Notes: generated by a model not told the origin, from the sequence alone. A DNA stretch of 36,909 bases from an uncultured Nitrospiraceae bacterium (GCA_947085305.1 CAMTVV010000132.1:1-36909), one strand, 5' to 3'; shown: positions 25,683 through 33,256, numbered from the stretch's first letter. A program made the numbers and translations.

Positions 25683-26216
25683 ATGGAAGACTTATCCCTG
25701 CATATCCTCGATATTGCGGAAAACTCAGTTGCTGCCGGGGCAGACAGGGTTGAGATCACCGTGGATGAAGATACAAAAAACGATCTCCTCACCCTCGAGA
25801 TAAGGGACAATGGAAGGGGGATGGATAAAGAGACAATACAGAAGGTGACCGATCCTTTTTTCACCACCAGGACTGTAAGAAGGGTTGGCCTTGGCTTGCC
25901 GTTCCTCAAGCAGGCAGCGGAAGAATGTGAGGGGCGCTTTTCCATGGCATCGGAAAAGGGAAAGGGCGCCATTGTCTCGGTGAGTTTCAGGAGCAGCCAC
26001 ATAGACAGAAAACCCCTTGGCGACATCGGAGCCACCATTATGGTGCTGCTAGCGGGTAACCCAGGGGTTGATGTTCTCTTCACCTATAAAAAAGATGGCT
26101 ACACGTACTGGATGGACACCCGGGTGATCAGGAAAGAGCTGGAAGAGGTCCCGATAAATTCACCGGAAGTGTTGAAGCTCATACGGAAAGATATTGACAG
26201 GGGGCTGAAAGGATGA
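25683..26216 (+). CDS. Orphan GHKL/HATPase_c ATP-binding protein (no HisKA, no sensor domain)
   Basis: N-box HILDIAENSVAAGA, G1 DNGRGM, G2 GLGLPF. The start is at MEDLSLH, 4 nt after the PHP stop. Confidence 0.8.
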   Translation: MEDLSLHILDIAENSVAAGADRVEITVDEDTKNDLLTLEIRDNGRGMDKETIQKVTDPFFTTRTVRRVGLGLPFLKQAAEECEGRFSMASEKGKGAIVSVSFRSSHIDRKPLGDIGATIMVLLAGNPGVDVLFTYKKDGYTYWMDTRVIRKELEEVPINSPEVLKLIRKDIDRGLKG

Positions 26217-26230
26217 TTGAGAGCTGCCGG

Positions 26231-26304
26231 GGGTTCGAGAGTTCAGGGGATCAAGTAAAGGCAGTCGGCTCTTTAAACACTCGGCCACTTGAATCCTTGA
26301 ACCC
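26231..26304. repeat. Inverted GGTTCAAG/GGATTCAAG-type short repeats
   Basis: GGGTTCGAGAGTTCAGGGGATCAAG is opposed by CTTGAATCCTTGAACCC. The outer 9 bp pair with one G:U. Confidence 0.5.
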
Positions 26305-26335
26305 TTTTGATTTAATTTAGCAGGGAGGCAACTGC

Positions 26336-26713
26336 ATGAGCAAAACGAAGATCCTTGTGATCGATGACGAAGAGATCGTACGAATTAGTTGCAGGAAATG
26401 TTTAGCGCCTGAAGGATATGAGGTGGACGTCGCCGCAAATGGCGCCGACGGGCTGAGGCTGACCCGGGAAAAACATTATGCCCTCATTCTCACGGACCTG
26501 AAGATGCCCGATATGGACGGCATGGAATTCCTCATGACCATGAAGGAGATGCAGCCTGAAGCAAAGGTGATCATGATAACCGGGTATAGCACCGTGGAGC
26601 ATGCTGAAGAGGCGACGCGCCTGGGGGCGTACAACTATATCGAAAAACCCTTCACGCCGGATACCCTCATCGCTGCGGTGAGAGAGGCGCTCCATGACAT
26701 AAAGAAAACATAA
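26336..26713 (+). CDS. Stand-alone response-regulator receiver (CheY-like)
   Basis: LVIDDEE, LILTDLKMPDMDG, IMITGY and EKPF. All phospho-acceptor pocket residues are present. GGGAGG RBS. Confidence 0.9.
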   Translation: MSKTKILVIDDEEIVRISCRKCLAPEGYEVDVAANGADGLRLTREKHYALILTDLKMPDMDGMEFLMTMKEMQPEAKVIMITGYSTVEHAEEATRLGAYNYIEKPFTPDTLIAAVREALHDIKKT

Positions 26714-26788
26714 AGGGTTCTCACTTCTGACGCCCGTAATGTTATTTTGTATCGCAACTTTCAGGTCTGTTTCGCGGGCATGGACGGC

Positions 26789-26818
26789 TTGATAAAGAAC
26801 AGATTATTTATTTATTAT
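26789..26818 (+). promoter_or_regulatory. Putative sigma-70 promoter for the NuoEFG-like operon (TTGATA-N18-TATTAT)
   Basis: The hexamers lie in an AT-rich 137-bp spacer, 33 nt upstream of the ATG at 26851 (RBS AAGGAGGGG). Confidence 0.35.
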
Positions 26819-26850
26819 ATAAAACAAGGTTTCAAGGAGGGGAAAAAGGA

Positions 26851-27714
26851 ATGGCAGGCAGAATACTCGTTGTGGACGATGAACCTGTTGTTGTCAAGAG
26901 CTGTGAACGCATCCTGACTCCGGAAGGGTATGCTGTTGAAAGCGCGTTAAACGGCGTTGAAGCCATTGCCAAACTCGGCGGGGACAGCTTTGATCTTGTG
27001 ATTACCGACCTGAAGATGCCTGATATCGACGGTCTCGAACTTATCCGGTGGATAAGGAATTCCAGGCCTGACACAGGTATCGTGGTCATCACCGGCTTCC
27101 CATCCCAGGAAAGTATCAAAGAAGCCCTCAGCTTAAGGATCCTTGATTATCTTCCCAAGCCTTTTTCCCCTGCCCTCCTTATCGAGATCACCCAGAGAGC
27201 CCTGGAATACAAAAAAGCGGGACGGGCCGCCGAGACTCCCCCGACCGAAGAGTATACTGAGGAGATGGCGAGAGAACTCGATTCCATTATAAAGAAATAC
27301 AGGAAAAAGCCGGGCAGTCTCATCCCCGTGCTTCAGGAGGCCCAGGAGATCATCGGCTTCCTGCCTCCTTCCGTGCAGAGACATATAGCGAAGGGACTGA
27401 AACTTCCGGTGAGCGAAGTGCATGGGGTTGTGTCGTTCTACTCCTTCTTCACCATGAAGCCGAAGGGAAAACACAATATCCGCGTTTGCCTCGGAACGGC
27501 GTGCTATGTAAAGGGTGCTGAGGAGATCGTGAAGAAATTAAGTGAAGGGCTTGCCATCAGTGTGGGGGGAATCACCGAAGACAAGAAGTTCTCCCTCGAA
27601 ACTGTGCGGTGCCTCGGCGCATGCGGATTGGCGCCGGTGGTTGTTGTGGACAAGGATTATCATGGCTCTCTGAACGCAGTCAACGCGCATGAATTGCTGA
27701 AAGACTATGAATAG
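26851..27714 (+). CDS. Receiver domain fused to NuoE/HydC-type thioredoxin-like [2Fe-2S] subunit
   Basis: Residues 1-120 are a receiver (LVVDDEP, LVITDLKMPDIDG, VVITGF, PKPF). Residues about 135-287 are NuoE-like (IPVLQEAQEIIGFLP, VCLGTAC = Cx4C, RCLGAC = Cx3C). Confidence 0.9.
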   Translation: MAGRILVVDDEPVVVKSCERILTPEGYAVESALNGVEAIAKLGGDSFDLVITDLKMPDIDGLELIRWIRNSRPDTGIVVITGFPSQESIKEALSLRILDYLPKPFSPALLIEITQRALEYKKAGRAAETPPTEEYTEEMARELDSIIKKYRKKPGSLIPVLQEAQEIIGFLPPSVQRHIAKGLKLPVSEVHGVVSFYSFFTMKPKGKHNIRVCLGTACYVKGAEEIVKKLSEGLAISVGGITEDKKFSLETVRCLGACGLAPVVVVDKDYHGSLNAVNAHELLKDYE

Positions 27715-27723
27715 GAGGCAGAT

Positions 27724-28107
27724 ATGGGCAGATTGACCATAGAAGATCTTAAGAGAATCAAGGAGGACCACAAGGCAATGCTCACCCTGAGAGAGGGCGG
27801 CTACCGGGCAAAGGTCACGGTCCACATGGGAACCTGCGGCATCGCTGCGGGGGCAAGGAAGGTGATGGAGGCATTGCTTGATGAGATAAACACAAATAAG
27901 GTGGTGGATGTGATCGCGACTACTTCGGGATGCGCCGGGCTCTGCAGCAAGGAACCCATGGCCACTGTCGATATTATCAATGAAGCCCCTGTAAAATATG
28001 TGGAGCTCAATGAAGAAAAGATTCGGAAAATATTCACAGAACATGTTCTGAACGGCCGGATTGTTCAGGACTCTGCCCTTGTCATGGGCAGTGAAACAGC
28101 ATATTAA
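27724..28107 (+). CDS. Small thioredoxin-like [2Fe-2S] ferredoxin (HydD/HndB-like)
   Basis: VTVHMGTCGIAAGA and TSGCAGLCSKEP. The whole protein has only three Cys. Confidence 0.8.
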   Translation: MGRLTIEDLKRIKEDHKAMLTLREGGYRAKVTVHMGTCGIAAGARKVMEALLDEINTNKVVDVIATTSGCAGLCSKEPMATVDIINEAPVKYVELNEEKIRKIFTEHVLNGRIVQDSALVMGSETAY

Positions 28108-28113
28108 GAATAG

Positions 28114-28176
28114 GTCATAGCTCATAGCTCGCAGACTTCCGTCGCTAAGAGCAATCAGCCACGAGCCATGAGCTAA
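28114..28176. repeat. Inverted GCTCATA-type heptad hairpin in the ferredoxin / NuoF-like spacer
   Basis: TAGCTCATAGCTCGCAG is opposed by CCACGAGCCATGAGCTA. It belongs to the same heptad family as 21611-21675. Confidence 0.6.
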
Positions 28177-28189
28177 TAACGGAGGAGAG

Positions 28190-30073
28190 ATGGAACAGTA
28201 CCGCGCCAGTGTCATGTTGTGTGGAGGCACCGGCTGTATCGCCGGCGGCAGTCTGAAGCTCAAGAACGCTCTTGATGAAGAGCTTAAGAATAGAGGTCTC
28301 GACAATGAGATAAACGTAGTTCTCACAGGCTGTAACGGCTTCTGCGCAGAGGGTCCTGTTATGACGGTCTATCCGGAAGATATCTTTTACGAAAAGGTTA
28401 CAGTCAAAGATGTTCCCCTTATCGTGGAGGAACATTTCATAAAGGGAAGGCCTGTGGAACGGCTTATGTACAAGGAGCCGGTGAAGAAGCAGATCATCCC
28501 GTTAATGAAGGATATTCCGTTCTTCAGCCTTCAGGTTCTCAGGGCATTGAGGAACAAAGGACTTGTGGATGCGGAGAAGATAGAGGACTACATTGCCCGG
28601 GACGGGTATCAGGCAGCGGCAAAGGCCCTGACCGAGATGACCCCGGAACAGGTGATCGACGAGTTGAAGAGATCCGGGCTCCGGGGAAGGGGAGGCGCAG
28701 GCTTCCCTACAGGGTTGAAGTGGGAGTTGTGTGCAAAGGTGAAGGGAGACCAGAAATTTATCCTCTGCAATGGTGATGAAGGAGACCCGGGCGCATTCAT
28801 GGACAGAAGCATCATGGAGGCGGACCCCCACGTTGTTCTTGAGGGAATGATCATCGGCGCAAAGGCCATCGCAGCGAATAAAGGATATATTTATGTGAGG
28901 GCTGAGTATCCCCTTGCCGTTCACCGTCTGCAGCTCGCCATAGACCAGGCAAAAGAATACGGTCTCCTGGGCGACAACATCCTGGGCGCTGGTTTCAATC
29001 TCGATATCGAGATCTATCTGGGCGCGGGCGCGTTTGTCTGCGGTGAGGAAACAGCGCTGATGCGGTCCATCGAGGGGAAACGGGGAATGCCGAGACCGAG
29101 GCCGCCCTTCCCTGCCCAGAAGGGACTCTGGGACAAGCCTTCAGTCCTGAACAACGTCGAAACCTATGCAAATATCCCCCAAATAATACTGAACGGCGCT
29201 GACTGGTACAGAAGCCTCGGAACAGAAAAATCCACCGGCACAAAGGTCTTTGCCCTGAGCGGCGCCATCAACAACATCGGATTGATCGAGGTGCCCATGG
29301 GCATCCCTCTCAGAAAGATCATTTATGACATCGGGGGCGGAATCCCTAACAAGAGGAAATTCAAGGCTGTCCAGTTGGGAGGACCTTCCGGAGGCTGCAT
29401 TCCCGAGCATCTCCTTGATACCCCGGTGACCTATGAAGATATTGTCCAGACAGGCGCAATTGTGGGCTCCGGCGGAATGGTCGTTATGAATGACCTGAAC
29501 TGCATGGTGAGTGTCGCAAAATTCTTCCTTGAGTTCACTGCCGAGGAATCATGCGGCAAATGCCCTCCCTGCAGGATCGGCACCACGGTGATGCTTGATC
29601 TCCTCACGAAGATAACTGAGGGAAAGGGAAACGAGGGCGATATTGAACTCCTCGGGGATATGTCTCTCGACATAATCGCCACTTCCCTCTGCGGCCTTGG
29701 GCAGACCGCGCCCAACCCTGTCCTGACAACGATAAAATATTTCAGGGATGAGTATGAGTCCCACATTAATGAAAAATGGTGCAAGACCGGTGTCTGCAAG
29801 GACCTCTGCACATTCTATATCGATGAAGAGAAGTGCAAGGCGTGCGGGCAGTGCAAGAAGGTATGTCCCCAGAGTGCGATTTCCGGGGAGAAGAAGGTGC
29901 CTCACCGTATCGATCAGCCCCTCTGCATCCAGTGCAGGTCATGCTACGAGGTCTGCAAGTTCGATTCGGTGAAGATCGGTCCCCTGAGCATGCGTGAGAC
30001 CCTCAGGAACCTCCCTGACCAGGAGGCGCTGAGTAACAAGCAGGTCGAGGCGCTTGCGGGAAAGGAGGAATAA
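28190..30073 (+). CDS. NuoF-like NADH/FMN subunit of the HydB/HndC type (extra N-terminal 2Fe-2S and C-terminal 2x[4Fe-4S] domains)
   Basis: N-terminal LCGGTGC...GCNGFC. FMN/NADH motifs GRGGAGFPTGLKW and GDEGDPGAF. N3-type ESCGKCPPCR...SLCGLG. C-terminal CKACGQCKKVCP and CIQCRSCYEVC. Confidence 0.92.
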   Translation: MEQYRASVMLCGGTGCIAGGSLKLKNALDEELKNRGLDNEINVVLTGCNGFCAEGPVMTVYPEDIFYEKVTVKDVPLIVEEHFIKGRPVERLMYKEPVKKQIIPLMKDIPFFSLQVLRALRNKGLVDAEKIEDYIARDGYQAAAKALTEMTPEQVIDELKRSGLRGRGGAGFPTGLKWELCAKVKGDQKFILCNGDEGDPGAFMDRSIMEADPHVVLEGMIIGAKAIAANKGYIYVRAEYPLAVHRLQLAIDQAKEYGLLGDNILGAGFNLDIEIYLGAGAFVCGEETALMRSIEGKRGMPRPRPPFPAQKGLWDKPSVLNNVETYANIPQIILNGADWYRSLGTEKSTGTKVFALSGAINNIGLIEVPMGIPLRKIIYDIGGGIPNKRKFKAVQLGGPSGGCIPEHLLDTPVTYEDIVQTGAIVGSGGMVVMNDLNCMVSVAKFFLEFTAEESCGKCPPCRIGTTVMLDLLTKITEGKGNEGDIELLGDMSLDIIATSLCGLGQTAPNPVLTTIKYFRDEYESHINEKWCKTGVCKDLCTFYIDEEKCKACGQCKKVCPQSAISGEKKVPHRIDQPLCIQCRSCYEVCKFDSVKIGPLSMRETLRNLPDQEALSNKQVEALAGKEE

Positions 30074-30078
30074 GAAAA

Positions 30079-32553
30079 ATGATAGAACTTAAGATAAATG
30101 GAAAAACAGTAAAGGTTGAAGCGGGAAGCACAATCCTCCAGGCTGCCAGGGAAAGCGACATCTATATTCCGAACCTCTGTTATGACAAGAGGCTCAGACC
30201 TTATGGCGGCTGCAGGCTTTGCATCGTGGAAGTGGAAGGACAGAAAAGGCTTTTTGCCGCCTGTTCCACCCCTGCCGAGAACGGCATGATAGTGCAAACG
30301 GAAACACCGAAACTTCATAAGGCGAGGAAGACCGTTCTCGAATTCCTGCTCATACACCACCCCCTCGACTGTCCGATCTGCGACAAGGCCGGGGAATGTC
30401 AGCTCCAGGACCTTGCATTCAAATACGGGCCTTCAGAGTCAAGGTTTGTCGGAGAGAGAAAACACGAGCCTGAAAGCATTGCCGCACCCCTTGTGGAAAG
30501 AAACCCTAACAGGTGTATCCTTTGCGGCAAGTGCGTAAGGGTTTGCTACGATCATCAGGGCGTCGGCGCCATAAACCTTCTCGGCAGGGGCTTCAAATCG
30601 AAGATAAGTCCCGCCTTTGAGGAAACCCTTGACTGCGAATTCTGCGGCCAGTGCATCGACGCATGCCCCGTGGGCGCTCTGGGAAGCAAACCCTATCGGT
30701 TCAGGTCAAGGGTATGGTTCCTCGATGAAAAGGCAATCGCCTGCCCGTACTGCGGCTGCGGCTGCACTACAAACCTCGGCCTTAGGGACGGCAGGATTGT
30801 ACGGGCAAGAGGGAAACAGGGTATCGGAATAAACGATGGAGACCTCTGCAGCAGGGGCAGGTTCGGGTTCGATTACATCTATTCCGAAAACAGATTGACC
30901 ACTCCCATGATCAGAAAGAACGGAACTCTGGTTAAGGCAACCTGGGAAGAGGTGCTTGAGTATATCGCAAAGAGCCTCCAGTCCATAAAAGAGAAATACG
31001 GCCCCTCGGGCATCGGCGCCATAGGCTCACAGAGGTGCACCATGGAAGACAATTACATGCTGCAGCGCTTCATGAGGGAGGTCATCGGAACAGATAACAT
31101 CGATTCAGCAGCCCGGTTCGGGTATGCAAAGGCACAAAAGGCAATGGAAATGGCCTTTGGTATTGACTTCCACCCGATCCGGTGGGATGCTCCGCTGAAC
31201 GCTGACTTTATCCTGGTAGTGGAATCAGATATCACTTCCACCCTGCCTGTGTGGGGGCTTAATTTTATCAAGGCGAGGAACAATGGCGCCCAGCTTGTTG
31301 TTGCAGACCCGAAGGAGACAAAGCTTGCGCGGAACAGCTCCTCATGGCTCCAGATTAAACCCGGCTCGGGCATCGCACTTCTCAACGGCATTGCAAAGGT
31401 GATCCTTGACGAAAAACTTTACGACCTGGATGAAGAAGTCCTCATGGAGGACAAAGACCTTACCATACCGAATTATGAAGCCCTGGTGAAGAGCCTTGCA
31501 GACTTTACGCCCCCGGCTGTTGCCGAACTCACCGGCCTTTCCGAAGAAGAGATCGTTCATCTGGCGAGGTCATATTCAGCTGCAAAGAACAGGCTCTTAA
31601 CCCTGACGTCAGGGGCCTCTGAAAATACAAAGGGGATGAACACCCTTCTTGCTGCAGCAAATCTTGTCCTGCTCATGGGGGATGCACCTGAGACCCTCCA
31701 GATACCTGCCGAGTATTCCAATACCCTCGGCATGTGGAAGGTCGGCGTGAGACCCCTCTCCGGAGGGAAGGACGCCCATGAAATGCTGTACCAGCCCGGC
31801 GCGGTAAAGGCCCTTTATATGATGGGAGAAAACCCCCTGGTCACCTTCAAGAATGTCTCGGCCGTAGAAAAGTCGCTGAAGGGACTTGAGTTCCTCGTGG
31901 TGCAGGATATAATCCTCACCGATACCGCAAAACTTGCCGATGTGGTCCTCCCGGCCAGCAGCTGGGGAGAAAAAGACGGCATCTTTATGTCTTCCACCGG
32001 CAATGTCCTGGAGGTCCCCAAACTCCTGCCGGAAACCGGGCAGTCAGTGCCTGACTGGAAGATATTCAGGAACCTGGCAAGGATGATGAACAGGGACCTG
32101 GGAGAAAAAGATCTTTCTGAAATCAGGGAAGCAATTATGGATCTCGTTGCAGCGGGCCCGGCAGGGGAAGAGGTTCTCTCCTTCAATCCTGTGGAGCAAA
32201 AGATCTCGGAGAAGCCGGACGAAGAGTATCCTCTTCTTCTCATCACTTCGGACCTGTTGCAGCACTCAGGCGCCCTGTCGGTTCTTTCGAAGAACCTCGG
32301 CTCGGTCGTCTCCGATGCGTACCTGCAGATAAACCCTGCTGATGCAAAGAAATACAGGATACATGATGATGGGTACGTGAAGGTAAGGTCCAGAAGGGGA
32401 GAAGTATATCTGAAGGCGATGATCTCGGATGAAATGCCTGAAGGCGCGGTATTTGCGCCGGCGCATTTCCCCCACGCCAACGTAAATGCGTTGACGCACC
32501 CTTCCCTGAACGGTGAATCGCCTGTAGACGCGGTAAAGGTTGAATTGGCATGA
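30079..32553 (+). CDS. NuoG-like Fe-S subunit with a molybdopterin-oxidoreductase fold that lacks formate-dehydrogenase catalytic residues
   Basis: N-terminal 2Fe-2S (CYDKRL..CRLC..C). His-ligated cluster HHPLDCPICDKAGEC. CILCGKCVRVC and CEFCGQCIDACP. CPYCGCGC cluster. Mo-bisPGD-like domains. Where FdhF has CARV-U-HGP, this protein has AARFGYAKA (31114-31125). Confidence 0.85.
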   Translation: MIELKINGKTVKVEAGSTILQAARESDIYIPNLCYDKRLRPYGGCRLCIVEVEGQKRLFAACSTPAENGMIVQTETPKLHKARKTVLEFLLIHHPLDCPICDKAGECQLQDLAFKYGPSESRFVGERKHEPESIAAPLVERNPNRCILCGKCVRVCYDHQGVGAINLLGRGFKSKISPAFEETLDCEFCGQCIDACPVGALGSKPYRFRSRVWFLDEKAIACPYCGCGCTTNLGLRDGRIVRARGKQGIGINDGDLCSRGRFGFDYIYSENRLTTPMIRKNGTLVKATWEEVLEYIAKSLQSIKEKYGPSGIGAIGSQRCTMEDNYMLQRFMREVIGTDNIDSAARFGYAKAQKAMEMAFGIDFHPIRWDAPLNADFILVVESDITSTLPVWGLNFIKARNNGAQLVVADPKETKLARNSSSWLQIKPGSGIALLNGIAKVILDEKLYDLDEEVLMEDKDLTIPNYEALVKSLADFTPPAVAELTGLSEEEIVHLARSYSAAKNRLLTLTSGASENTKGMNTLLAAANLVLLMGDAPETLQIPAEYSNTLGMWKVGVRPLSGGKDAHEMLYQPGAVKALYMMGENPLVTFKNVSAVEKSLKGLEFLVVQDIILTDTAKLADVVLPASSWGEKDGIFMSSTGNVLEVPKLLPETGQSVPDWKIFRNLARMMNRDLGEKDLSEIREAIMDLVAAGPAGEEVLSFNPVEQKISEKPDEEYPLLLITSDLLQHSGALSVLSKNLGSVVSDAYLQINPADAKKYRIHDDGYVKVRSRRGEVYLKAMISDEMPEGAVFAPAHFPHANVNALTHPSLNGESPVDAVKVELA

Positions 32554-32578
32554 GAGGAGCCTTCCAGGGTAAAGGCGG

Positions 32579-33256
32579 TTGATCCCCTACAGAGACGATA
32601 ATCCCACAAATATCTTCCCCTTTGTCACCATCGGGATAATAGTTCTGAATGCCGCCCTCTATCTCTGGGGACTTTTCTCGCCCGCAGGGGAACAGAAAAT
32701 TGTTTACTATTACGGCGCAATTCCCCACAACCTGTTGACGTTTGAGAAGACCCAGCCTATCCATCCCTTTGCCACAGTCTTTTCCTCAATGTTCCTTCAC
32801 GGCGGGCTTTTCCATCTCGGCGGCAATATGCTCTATCTCTGGATCTTCGGCAATAACATAGAAGACAGGCTCGGTCATTTCAGGTTCCTTCTTTTTTACC
32901 TTGCCGCAGGGATCGTCGCCGCCTATGCGCACGCGCTGACCGAGCCTGCTTCCCGGATTCCGATGATCGGAGCCAGTGGGGCGGTATCAGGCATTCTGGG
33001 CGCCTATCTCCTGCTTTTCCCACGGGCCCGTGTCCATACGATCGTGATACTGGGATTTTTCTGGCAGGTGATAAGAGTGCCTGCCTTGATTGTTATCGGT
33101 TTTTGGGCTATTATACAGCTTGTCAGTGGTATAATGACAACTGGACTGGCGGGCCATGGCGGTGTTGCCTGGTTTGCCCATGTCGGCGGTTTTCTTTTTG
33201 GCCTGATTACCATTAAACTCTGGGCGACGAGAAGGAGGGTGAAGGAGTGGTCGTAA
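32579..33256 (+). CDS. Rhomboid family intramembrane serine protease
   Basis: HxxxN-type motif (HLGGNMLYLW), catalytic GASGAVSG and the downstream FAHVGGFLFG His. 6 TM helices. TTG start, so the start is uncertain. Confidence 0.85.
   Translation: MIPYRDDNPTNIFPFVTIGIIVLNAALYLWGLFSPAGEQKIVYYYGAIPHNLLTFEKTQPIHPFATVFSSMFLHGGLFHLGGNMLYLWIFGNNIEDRLGHFRFLLFYLAAGIVAAYAHALTEPASRIPMIGASGAVSGILGAYLLLFPRARVHTIVILGFFWQVIRVPALIVIGFWAIIQLVSGIMTTGLAGHGGVAWFAHVGGFLFGLITIKLWATRRRVKEWS

Noticed and set aside
30079-32553. Formate dehydrogenase alpha subunit (FdhA/FdhF-like) assignment
   Set aside because: The fold and the CPYCGCGC cluster fit. However, the Sec/Cys-His dyad position reads Gly-Tyr (AARFGYAKA), the Arg333-equivalent segment has no Arg, and there is no in-frame TGA. 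I call it NuoG-like instead.
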